Program-made: the position numbers and the translations under genes
NCBI GenBank assembly: GCA_002633005.1
Contig: NMRA01001109.1
Coordinates: forward strand, 1-44,978
Source: Phoronis australis
Taxonomy: Eukaryota > Animalia > Phoronida
Direction of reading: 5' to 3'
Length of the DNA stretch: 44,978 bases
The notes under the pieces: model-generated
Databases searched by the model: none
What the model was told of the DNA's origin: nothing
Seen by the model: only the letters and a program-made list of their open reading frames with translations
In this document: positions 24,078 to 35,200 of the stretch, piece after piece
Numbering within the stretch: position 1 is the first letter of the stretch
Layout: each line of letters begins with the position of its first letter

Positions 24078-27000
24078 GTGCGTGTTTTACTACGTCATCT
24101 TCAGCTATAGGGCTCTTCACCAAGCTACATGCATATACTTAGTGGTAGACTCGTCGCTATGTCAGACTAATAGCTCATATAAATTTAAAAAACTAAGCTT
24201 CTTGAAGAGCCCGAGTTCAATTGCAAAATATTTTTCACCTTTTACCAGTTCTCTGTAAGCAAGTGTTAATTTTGTGTTGTGAATCTCTTTTCTGTGCCGA
24301 CAGGTGATACGTTCAATCATTATGATATCGACATCTTGCCAAGGAGAGAACGCTACGCTTCTGCTAGGAAGCGCCTGTGTCTAGCAGTATCTGCCGGAGA
24401 TCCTTATCGACTGAGCGCCAAACTTTGTTACGGAAAACAACGTGTGGCTTGCCAGGTACCAGGTGAGAACTGACCAGTAACAAGGAATGTTCGAAATGTC
24501 AGGAAATGTTTTAGTGCGTATGAGTTCGTTCTTCAGACTGATTTCACATAAAGTGGTTATAACAAGAGAGTTTGAGATGAAATACTTAGCTGCAAACTAA
24601 ATTTGAAAATAGGAAAGTGAAAGGCACTCTCTTTCTGATTTGTAAATTGTTTTAAAACACGTCACAAGCAGACCAGAATTGTTAAGTCATCCGGAGCTAG
24701 ACTGAGCTTGAAAAAATAACAGAAATAACATTCACATTTAATGACAATAAGATATTCTCGTTTGACATGATATGATGTCAAACGACAGTATGACGTCGTT
24801 CTCTCACGTTCGCGTATGGCGACGTCATTATAAGCGAAATTGTCGTTCTCATGTAGTGACAACCCAAAGTAGGCCTAGTTGCGTGAACTGGGCAAAGGAG
24901 AGGAAAGAGTGCATTGTGAAGTTCGATAACAAGTATGAAAGTTGGTACGACGCTCAGTCATTCTGCTCTGGTCTTGGCGGCCACCTACCTGTGACGAATT
25001 ACGACAGAGGTAGAGAGGATTTGAAGAATCTTGCCTGGAGTCTACGTTATTCCAAGTTTGTGGCAAATTACTGGATAGGAGCAAGAAACAACGTCTGGTT
25101 ATGGGCAAGCGGTATGTAGTTTGAAAGGATTTGTAAACCACATTTTGGATTTCACAAAACCAGTTAAAGCGATACTGTGCCCGCTTTCCCAGGAACAAGA
25201 TCTTACGTAACTTCGGCTACGACAGAAATTCAACTTTGCCAAAAAAAATCACCCCGGTGGACACATGGCTCAACCGTGTGGAAAATTAGTGCTGGACAAT
25301 AGTATGATCCAAAGAAAGCAAGATTTGCCACTAAAACACCACAAACGCCTGACCCAAGTCAGTCGCAATATCTCAAGTGACCCGAGTTCACTCTAAGCGC
25401 AATCTTGCTGTACTAAGGTACTGTGTGCTACCAAAGATGTCAACTAAGTTGTGATATAGATCACAAGCCAATATGTTCTTACTCATGTGAAAACTGATGA
25501 CGTAGGCATGCAAAGAAATAACAGTTCAGATGCTCGTGCTCACAATGCACCGTCGGCAAGTCAACGCTCGGGTGCCTACGAACCCGCACCGTGACAAATC
25601 AACCGAGTTGGCTCTCGGGCAATAATGAACCGCCATTTCTTTTACGTCTTGAAATCGCCCCTAGTTTGACTTAATGATATTTTGTAACCAATTTCATAAC
25701 GGTCAAGCTTGGTTTTTATGATAGAAGACGCCAGGAGCAGCTTTTAACAGTCAGAACATTTTCGTCCTGTACACGTACTTTCGAACTAAAGTACACCGCC
25801 TAGTGGAAAAGAAGCAAATCAATTCTAGAATTGTCTGAACTTTGCAGAACTCGTGATGCCTTACTATAGTAATTTTATAACGTAGATTTTTACGTGATAC
25901 GAAATAAGATATCCTATTTCTGTGACTAGGTGAAACTGTGTTGAACTACTATTGGAATGATAAAGAACCCTCCTCAGCTGACGAGAATTGCGTGGAACTA
26001 CTTGGAAACGGTCATTGGAATGATGAGCGGTGTGGCAATAAAAAGACATTTCTTTGCCAACAAGGTAAAATCATCTCACGTCCAATCTTGAGACAGTTTA
26101 GTATATATCTCACGAAGTCAGGTAACACCATATATACAGGGTGTCCCACATATAAACATGTCAAGGAACCACATATACAGGGTGACCCACATATAAACAT
26201 GTCAAGGAACCACATACACAGGGTGTCCCACAACATATTAGTGTATCAGGGTGACGCTTAAAAAGGAACTAGTAGTTTTTCTTGTCCCAGGAATCCCAGT
26301 CTGGAGTAAATAAAACATAAAGCCGACGGTATTGTAAGCAACACAAACTTTCGAATCTTTGCTACATAGGCCTACTCACTAGTAGTACACTGAGGTTCAG
26401 GCCAAATTATAGTACAGGAGTTATCGACAAAGTTATGACCCAATGTTTTGCGTTATCGAGGAAATTGTGTTGATTTGAACAAAAGGTTGCGCTAGTTGAA
26501 TCAGAGGTGTTCGTGTGATGGATTTAGCAGTTTATAGAGAAGGCTGGACAGCCGTTTCTCATCGTCGAACATTTTTCTAAATTTTGTGCCTTGTAAAAAG
26601 TGGGCTTTCATGGAGTACAAAGCCATTGGGGCCCAGTAGATTTTCTGATATTCGTACTTCAAAGTATAGTTGTTGATTTTGGGACACACGTACTAGGCGT
26701 TAACATTTTTCAGGTGTTCAATGTATTGTTGATTTTGGTACACACGTACTAGGCGTTGACATCTTTCAGATATTCAAAGTATATTTGTTGTCTTTGGTAC
26801 ACACGTACTAAGCGTTATCATCTTTCAAATATTCTAAGTATATTTGTTGACTTTGGGTACACACGCACTACGCGTTAACATCTTTCAGATATTCAAACAA
26901 CAGTTTCAACAACAACACAGGGAATGACGTCAAAAGCATCCCCACAAACAACGGCACCCATGACAGCACCAACTACAGAAACAACACCGGTGGAGGCTGT

Positions 27001-28442
27001 AACGACGGGCACCACCAGGAAACGGACATTTCGCGAGACTACGCCCATCTTTATGACCACGACTGCTCCGCTGCTCAAGCTTTTGTCCCCAACAACAGCG
27101 CCGCCTGTGGGTTCATCGGAATCTGCTCATGGGCCAAGTGCAACGTTTGTCTCCACTACGTCGGCAGGTTCGACTGCAGGGAGCGGAACACAATCGGACG
27201 AGATCGAAGAACACTTAGCAGGCGAACGAAAGAACAGGAAAACAAATAGCCATAATATGGGCAAGTAGCCGGGCGCGATAAATAACCTGACATTACTTTG
27301 CCAAATTGCTTGACAACAACGTGATACTTTTTGAAAAACGAATAGTGATAACAGCCGAGCCGATTACGTAATCGTCATTGGTTAATGCAACTGAAAATGG
27401 CAAGTTATTGGGATCAAGATTGTTTAATTCTGACGTGGACATGTAGAATGCAAAGTTTTATTGAACATTACAGGAATGTACGTTGGAATTGGAATAGCTT
27501 GTACAGCCATCCTGTCTGCCATACTGGTAATGTTGGTGTTTATGTGTCGCAGCAAAAGGCGGTAAGTTAACCGAAGTTATGTCTCATCATGTTTTCAACA
27601 GTAGGCTACTTCGACAAACTCTGTAGCATGACTCAGATTCGCGCTCAAATGGGATCGAGACGTTGGGGGCCTGACGCTGAGTTATCCAGTTAAAGAAGGC
27701 TGGTTTTAAAATATCTAAAACTTTACTGGTGTGTCAGGCCTTGTGATCTTTGGTGTTAGGATTGGAATCGACCCTTCATTCTAACCCCGGGTACTTGCAG
27801 TAACATTCTAACCCCCGGTACTTGTTGTAACATTCTAACTCCTGGTACTTGCTGTAACACTCTAACCCCGGGTACTTGTTGTAACATTCTAACCCCGGGT
27901 ACTTGCTGTAACATTCTAACCCGGGGTACTTGTTGTAACATTCTAACTCCTGGTACTTGCTGTAACACTCTAATCCCAGGTACTTGCTGTAACATTAGAA
28001 ATCCAGGTACTTTTTCTAAAAACTGGACACCTTCACCTGACATAATTTGTGTTTCTTCTGTAGGCCAGAAGGAAAAAAATATACCACAGAACAAAAAGCC
28101 AAGGAATGGACTGTTAGTCACGAAAATAAGGTGACATGTCAGAGAGATGGCACCTACATGACGTCAAGCTATATTGGCGCCCAAGAGGCGGATGAATACA
28201 ATTACATCAGTCAGGGAAGTGACACCTTTATGAGGTCAAGCTATATTGGTGCCCCAGAGGCACATGAATACAATTATATCAGTCAGGAAGACAGCCAAAC
28301 ATTTCACATGCGCATGCTCAATAGTAGAGTTGGTGTAAATGGTAGAGCTTCTGACCGTTTGGGCACTGCAACAAGTTGTCATGGTGATTGTGTAGAATAC
28401 CATACACAATTTGTAGAAAATGAATTTTACTGCCCTAAATAA
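23829..28442 (+). CDS. Type I membrane C-type lectin receptor (2 CTLDs + Thr/Ser-rich stalk + TM + Tyr-rich tail); 5' exon(s) not identified
   Basis: Phase-compatible exons 23829-24077, 24304-24462, 24857-25111, 25930-26064, 26889-27260, 27474-27561, 28064-28442. WIGL/WIGA motifs, CTLD cysteines, EPS...ENC...WND in CTLD2. AATAAA at 28489-28494. Confidence 0.85.
24304..24462 (+). CDS. Lectin exon: CTLD1 C-half
   Basis: acag|GT; ...RLCLAV...AKLCYGKQRVACQVP; G|gtgaga. Confidence 0.8.
24857..25111 (+). CDS. Lectin exon: CTLD2 N-half
   Basis: tgtag|TG; SWYDAQSFCSGLGGHL...YWIGA...WLWASG; G|gtatgt. Confidence 0.85.
25930..26064 (+). CDS. Lectin exon: CTLD2 C-half
   Basis: ctag|GT; WNDKEPSSADENCVELLGNGHWNDERCGNKKTFLCQ; G|gtaaaa. 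Confidence 0.9.
26127..26234. repeat. 41-bp tandem repeat containing mariner-like TIR motif TACAGGGTGTCCCA
   Basis: Copies at 26135, 26176 and 26217. Confidence 0.8.
26657..26897. repeat. ~59-bp tandem repeat x4 that includes the lectin stalk-exon acceptor
   Basis: tttggtacacacgtactaggcgttaacatctttcag units. Confidence 0.9.
26889..27260 (+). CDS. Lectin exon: Thr/Ser/Pro-rich mucin-like stalk
   Basis: tttcag|AT; IQTTVSTTTQGMTSKASPQTTAP...; ends at GC donor G|gcaagt. Confidence 0.8.
27474..27561 (+). CDS. Lectin exon: transmembrane helix
   Basis: ttacag|GA; GMYVGIGIACTAILSAILVMLVFMCRSKRR (hydrophobic helix plus basic stop-transfer residues); CG|gtaagt. Confidence 0.85.
27777..28012. repeat. 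27-bp minisatellite (~8.5 copies) in the last lectin intron
   Basis: cattctaaccccgggtacttgttgtaa units. Confidence 0.95.
28064..28442 (+). CDS. Lectin last exon: cytoplasmic tail
   Basis: ttctgtag|G; phase matches the TM exon; duplicated SSYIGAxEAxEYNYISQ motif; TAA stop followed by AATAAA. Confidence 0.8.
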
Positions 28443-29089
28443 GATAACTCATTTGTCGCTGACTACATGTGTATCAGAAAGAATGACGAATAAAGAGAAT
28501 GGGATGTCACGGTGTGAGTAGAAATGACCAGTGTATTCTTAAACAAACATGTCTGATTACGAGTGCAAGACAAAGCAGACCATCAAGACATAAAACGAAA
28601 GACTGAGAGTTTATGTGCGTAATAATGCCCAGCATTCGCATAATTCTGTGATATGAGTATTATGGAGTCACACACTGACATTCGCATAATTCTATATAAT
28701 TATAGTCAACTGATACCATTCCTAGGACTGTGATTATTTTGTTTTTTGCACAACTTGAACATATTGAAGACATCCCTACTCCTACAGCCCCTAGTTCCTT
28801 GAGAGAGGTGAAATGACATTCTGACATATTTACAAGAAGCCAAGCCAAGAATTTAGATATTTGTAGAAAAATGAAACACGCTTATGAGATCTGACAACAC
28901 ACAGAAACACAGTACTTAGTCTTCAAAACTAGTCATGGTATAATTTACTAAAAAACTTTGCAGGTATGTTGGACTTCTTCTGTACTTTCTTCACAACATC
29001 GTCAAAACTCAACAAACTTCAACAAAATCCATGAACATGATATACTTCAGTCACGGGTCTTTATTTTTATGAATCACTGTGACATACAT

Positions 29090-29216
29090 TTACGACTCTT
29101 GGTCTAGATACTCTCGTAATAACTGTTCCACCTTCTTCCTGTTACTCAGTTTATTAGCCTTTCCCTGATATTTCCCTTTCTTGCCAGCTCCTTTCCCCTC
29201 CAGAAGCTCAGCCACT
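29090..29216 (-). CDS. AARSD1: AARSD1 last coding exon
   Basis: VAELLEGKGAGKKGKYQGKANKLSNRKKVEQLLREYLDQES*; minus-strand AATAAA at 29060-29065. Confidence 0.93.
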
Positions 29217-32200
29217 CTGCAAGAATATCAAACAAAAGAACACCTCATCATTTCACGTTTACTCATATTTTATGACCTTTAGTGGAAGACGCATGAAGGA
29301 GAGTACTTCTCAGCCAATTTAATAACAAAATATTCCTAATTATTTATGAAATTCAACTTAATTTTTATCTGAGTAGCTGAGTTCCTAAAGGAAGTATGAG
29401 TTGATGTGGCACAATCCTCATAATCAATGACAGTTGTTCCACCAATGAATGTCTTCCATTAAGATACGAAGGTCAAGCTGATCCTGTGCTTTGTCACCAA
29501 GGTTACTTCAGAGGTGTTAAAGTACCATCATGACAAATAATTCCACCCTCCGCAAAGTCGTAATTAGCAAAGTTGCATATAAAAGTACTGGATTGGTTAG
29601 GAGAGTCATGTGATCAGATAAACGGTAATAACTAACAACCACATCATATCGGTGGAGTTACCCAAGACAACATGCCTGACAAAGGACACCTAAAATGTGC
29701 ATTAGTTGTACTTTTATGCTACAACTGGTCTGACTTACAGAGAACAACACAACACCCATACCTGCTGCCAACTTTATCGATCACTTCTTGGTTTGAGGCA
29801 AGAATAAAGTTCCCTGCACCATTTTCTTCTCCCACCGACAAGAAGAGTATCACATTCTGGAAATGAACAACACCTAAACAATGAGTTATCATACCACACA
29901 ATTCAGATTGGTTGAATGTACATGTACTTAATGCAAGTCAGTAGACTGTCTCACTACTCAGGACATTATCTCAAGATGAACAGTAAATACTTAAATGGAC
30001 ATGGGCGAAAACACTGTATATTTGACTAGATCCAGTCCCAAGAGGGATTTGAACCCATTGCCTCAGCCATGGCGTAGATTCAGTAAAATGCTTTGTAGGC
30101 AGTGGTAAAAGTTGCTGTGGCAGGTAGCTCAGAATTGAAGTGTTTCTAACTAGTGAGGCCATCTGATTCAATTTTACATGAAATGATGGTTTTTAATGAA
30201 ATCACAAGAACACAGTGAATTCTCGTGTTTTATCCCTCTCGCCAAAGTGAATAACTTTCCTACATAACAATAATCTCCAAAGTGTATTTTTCTCTCAAGC
30301 TGGTTGTCACAATTAAGCCACTCTGGCAGACTCATCAGTCCTCCTACCAAATTTAAAGTGTGCATTGCAGACAAAAATAAAAACATGTATTGCCAAAAAA
30401 AGCAAAGTTAGTTCTAGTCTGTACTCAGAAGATAAAAGTTGCTGCTCACGTTATGTTCAGCCAAGGTCTCCAACAAACCCACGATTAAAGTTTTCAGAAG
30501 ATAAGCGATATCAAGCGTTAGGAATATCTAATAACGGTTATCCCTAGTTCAAAAATTAGGTTTGATGACAAATGCTCATTCATTTCAATGTCTCACACTA
30601 TGGGGATGCCTAAAAACATTGTATTGGTGGCCAATTGCAAACATTTATTAATGAATTGCCTTTTTTATACAAAACTAAGTGTTCAATATTAGAGAAATAT
30701 GTTGAAGCCAAAATCACCAATGTCCCAATGTTAAAAGCCCAAAAAGTTTAATTTGGCTTGAAATTTGATCTCCAAAATATTAGGGACTGCACAAACTGGA
30801 AATTTTAACTATTATTCAAATTAATTAAAAAATCTTCAAATAAATGTAAAAAAATCTTCAAATAAATGTAAAACAAATTTGATCAGTTTGAAACCTCTAA
30901 GTGTACTTACAGGGTCATTAACTTCATTAACAATAATATTCATAAACTCATTATCTCCCTCCTTCCTGTGCAGACATAACAGGCGGCTAACTCCATTAGA
31001 CTTAAACTTTTGTGCTTCAAACACAGCGACATCACGAAGCAGTTGTGAGCATGCCTGAAAGAGAAATGAAAGCACATAGTAACTTTAGTGACCTTGAAAG
31101 GCATTATGGGAAACACATTCTCAGCTGAAGGTGCATACATTTCAAATCTGAATGAATTTTTAGAATGGGCAAACTTAGTGGGCTCAGAGTTCATAATAGA
31201 CACCATGATAATGCCGCCCCTTTAGGCCCATGGGCCTGTATCCGAAATTATGCCTTTTTAGCCAAGTGGTTAGCAAACTTTCACAGTTCTGCACAGACGC
31301 CTATGTTTCTCATATTAGCGCAGTTTCGCACAGACACCCACGGGCCTAATGACAAGGCAATATGGTAATTGCGTCCATCAATGCACAGTGTGCTGTGCCT
31401 AGAGTTCATAGTACATATCTCTGTCAATCAAACACACAAACTGAGTGTGCTGTCCAAGCTTGTGCAATATTATCCAAGCTTGTACAATATTGAACGTTAC
31501 TGACCAAGATTGAGCAATATTGACCAAGCTTGTGCAATATTGTCCACACTTGAGCAGTATTGTCAGAGTTTGTGTAATATTGATCAAGCTTGTGCAATAT
31601 TGTCCAAGCTTGCACAATGCTGTCTGAGCTTAAGCAATATTGTCTAAGCCTAAATGGGATTGCTATCTTCTTAGCTTGATCAATATTGGGATAATTAAGC
31701 ATTTTCCGTTTACTGTCATACCTTTCGACTGACTTGGAACGACTTTTGCATTTTCTCCACCAACATAGGGTGATCTTCAGGCTGATTTCTGAAATGTGAA
31801 CAAAAGTCATACAGATGTTGAATTCAACATGCAGGTAAAAACAGGGTGAGCTCTATAAGCACACTAGTCAGATCTTGTTGGCTTTACTGGCCTAAAAGAA
31901 ACAAAGTGAACATCAGAACTAAATGTATGTATGATTCCTTCTTTATATATGATTCGACTCTTCACAACAGTAATAGACTACATAGAGATGTGGCTCAACA
32001 CTATAACATTTTCAAAAACTTCTCGCTTCACTTTATTGTGATTCAGCATCATAGAAGTTTCCAGATAATACTACTCAGAAAAAATGAAAAGCAAATATGT
32101 TACAACTCATTTCCTAAATAAAGATGTTCCGGTCCCTTGACACACTATTTGAAGAAGAAGAACTGAGACTGTGCTAACATACTTGAGCAAAAAAGTGAGC

Positions 32201-35200
32201 GCCCCCTCCTGGTCACAATACTATGAGGCTGTGATAACATACTTGAGTACAGCAGTGAGCGCCCCCTCCTGGTCACAACACTATGAAACTGTAATAACAT
32301 ACTTGAGTAGAGCAGTGAGCACCCTCTTTTGGTCACAACACTATGAAACTGTGATAACATACCGTAAACTTGTGGGTTAACCCACGCCCATCCCCGACTT
32401 GGTCAATTTTCGGTTTAAGCACCCAATGCGTGGGTAATCGCCCATCCCCTACTTTGTGTTAATTTCCACGCAAGCGTCCACCTCTCGGTTAATCGCTCAT
32501 CCCCAATTTACCGCTTACAGAACTTGCGCTTAACCCTTATCCTGCTGAGCCTCTATTCAGACTACTTTCCCTGTGTGCTGAGCTAAGTAGGTCACCACTA
32601 CTGCTTTACACTAAGCTGTTCTGGAGGTCACCTAGACAAATGACCTAACAACTTTCAATTGGAAATTTGAAGGGGAAATATTAAATTAACAGAAAAGAAG
32701 TCAATACGAAACTTGTGCAGAATTTAATGGAGAATTTCACCATATATAAGTCTTTATCATAGCCTTGGTGAAAGTAAACTGATCCACTGTCATCCTCTCC
32801 CGTATGGCTCCAGCCATATAATGAAACTATGTGTCTACACTTACATAAACCTGCCAATATCTCCCAAACTAGTAATCACAGCCATATGGTTTAAATTGGA
32901 GAACAGTAGAGGAAGTTGTGAAGTATGGAATGCTCATGGTCACATATCTAAACAACATTCCAGGGCTCTTACAATTTCTGAATGAAAATCACAAGTGTCC
33001 TGGGGTGAGTGCACTCTCCTAGCGCAGCCCAGCTGTAACTTATTATAGTCGATTGAGTACACCCAACGCTTTTTAATAGGATAATTGGCATGTCGGCTGA
33101 CCTCGCCTAGCGCAGGATAAGGGTTAAACTCATGCTTTTGTTCACAGCTTTGCATACGATTTTCTCGAACAGTATGTTTTTCAGCCGGCGTTTGTGGAAT
33201 AACTCAAGCGCACAACCACCTTTTTTAAACTTATCAACTGATCTTTTGTTAAATTAATATAGGTCTACTCCGTAGATTTTTATAGAAGTGAAGCTAGTCT
33301 ACTACGAGATTACCCGTACGACGTCCTGGACGTCAACGGCGTAGGTTGTCTAGGTTACAAGTCTTTGAATTATCTAGTCTAAATTTTTTCGTATCAGACA
33401 TTATTTCTGGGATTTTTTCGAGTTCAGTAAATCAAATTTTTTGAGTGTTTGGCGAGAACAGGTGAAACTTCGAAGCATCACCATGTATTTTTAGACGGAG
33501 CACTTGATTTTTTACCCATATTTGAATTGACCAATTAATCTATCCCCCCTCCCATTGTAATTAAACACATAGATCACGTGATTTTGATACATTTATTTCC
33601 TGGGTCAACACAGATTTGAATTGAATAATTATTCACAAATCCCTCTCATTGTAATTGCAAACGGTTTGTGTCGGTCAGGAACAAATAGTTCGTGTTTTTA
33701 AACCAGCGACAGATAAACTAAACAGTGAATCGAAAGTTTATCGGGTTTAATACGCAGATGACATTAACAACAACCAGACGGGACCGGAGGGGTTCCAAAT
33801 AAAAACAGTCATACAAACAACACTAACAGTACAATGGCGCTGGAAACGACATGTAGTCCCATTCACTGATCTGAAACAGTGCTTGCTGATACTGTAAGTG
33901 CCATTTGAGTTTCATAAAGCTCCGTGGAGTGACATTTTGCAGCACACTAACATATTTGAAAACATTGGACTTTTTAACAACGTTCTCGCAAAATCGAAAT
34001 CCTGTTTCTGTTTGAGCCGTGAGAAATTTTGTGGTTGTCTGGTCCTGCTGTTTGACCAAACTTACAAGTTACGCGCTCGAATGAACAACCCGTGAGCTTG
34101 CCCAGTTTGGCTAAAACTTGGACGTAAGTGGCCACTACTTGGGTAATTGCCCACATCCAACTTTTTGCCAATTTTTCGGCTTAAGCGCCCACTGCTTGAG
34201 TAATCGCCCACCCCCTGTCTCAGGGTTTCCCAATTTAAGGGCCAAGGGGTTAACCCGCGAGTTTGAGTAAAGCAGTGAGTGCAATCTCTTGGTCACAATG
34301 CTATGAGACAGTAATAACATACTTGAGTAGAGCAGTGAGCGCCTTCTCCCGGTCACAACACTGCTGTAGGTAGTCCAAGACACGGTTACCAACCAGGAAC
34401 ACTAGATTACATTTGTTCTTCTTTCCTTTCTCGACACTCAGCAGCTTGACAGCCTGGAGTGTAATGGAGGAACACAAACAGTTAGAGGAGAACAATAAAC
34501 TAGATCTGTACACTCAGCAGCTTGACAGCCTGGAGTGTAATGGAGGAACACAAACAGTTAGAGGAGAACAATAAACTAGATCTGTACACTCAGCAGCTTG
34601 ACAGCCTGGAGTGTAATGGAGGAACACAAACAGTTAGAACAATGAACTAGATCTGCATCTAGCTCATTGGTCAGAAACAACAACAAAGAACATCCCACTT
34701 GAGAGCTATATATATTACGAGGCACATCATTGAAACATGAACACTGTTGTCCATGTTTGCACAGGATCTCAATTATCTTTCGTAAAACTGCAGCAGTTTC
34801 AAATCTATTTACATTTAGAATCAGGCAAATATGGGAGTATTGCTGCATGGGTCCGACATTCCTACAGCCTAGTTAACAAGTATTCCAGGTCAAAGTGTAA
34901 TTTTGTAACATTTTCATTCGTTAATACAAGTTCTACGTATGTTGCGTGTTGCAGTGCTGACACAAGAAATTGTAGAGCAGAGACAGAAAGTCATTTGCTA
35001 GTAGTGAAACACTCCATGTCCACCAGATGGCACTAGTGCATTAGAGGTTCTACCTTTACTATCTGAATAATTTCAAAAATCTGTTGACCAAGTCAGGGTA
35101 ACACATGATTTCCCGACAGCATGTATTTACAGGGGAGACAATCATTACCACTGGTGCCACTGAATTTCAGAAAGGTATAACCTGTGTTCACCTGTAGATG

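Noticed and set aside
27756-28121. Minus-strand ORF with QQVPGVRML repeats
   Set aside because: A 27-bp minisatellite within the lectin intron.
30030-30165. tRNA gene
   Set aside because: A B box is present but there is no acceptor stem or cloverleaf; at most a SINE remnant.
32165-34660. Regularly spaced repeats as a CRISPR-like array
   Set aside because: The units are contiguous tandem copies without unique spacers, the context is a eukaryotic intron, and there are no cas genes.
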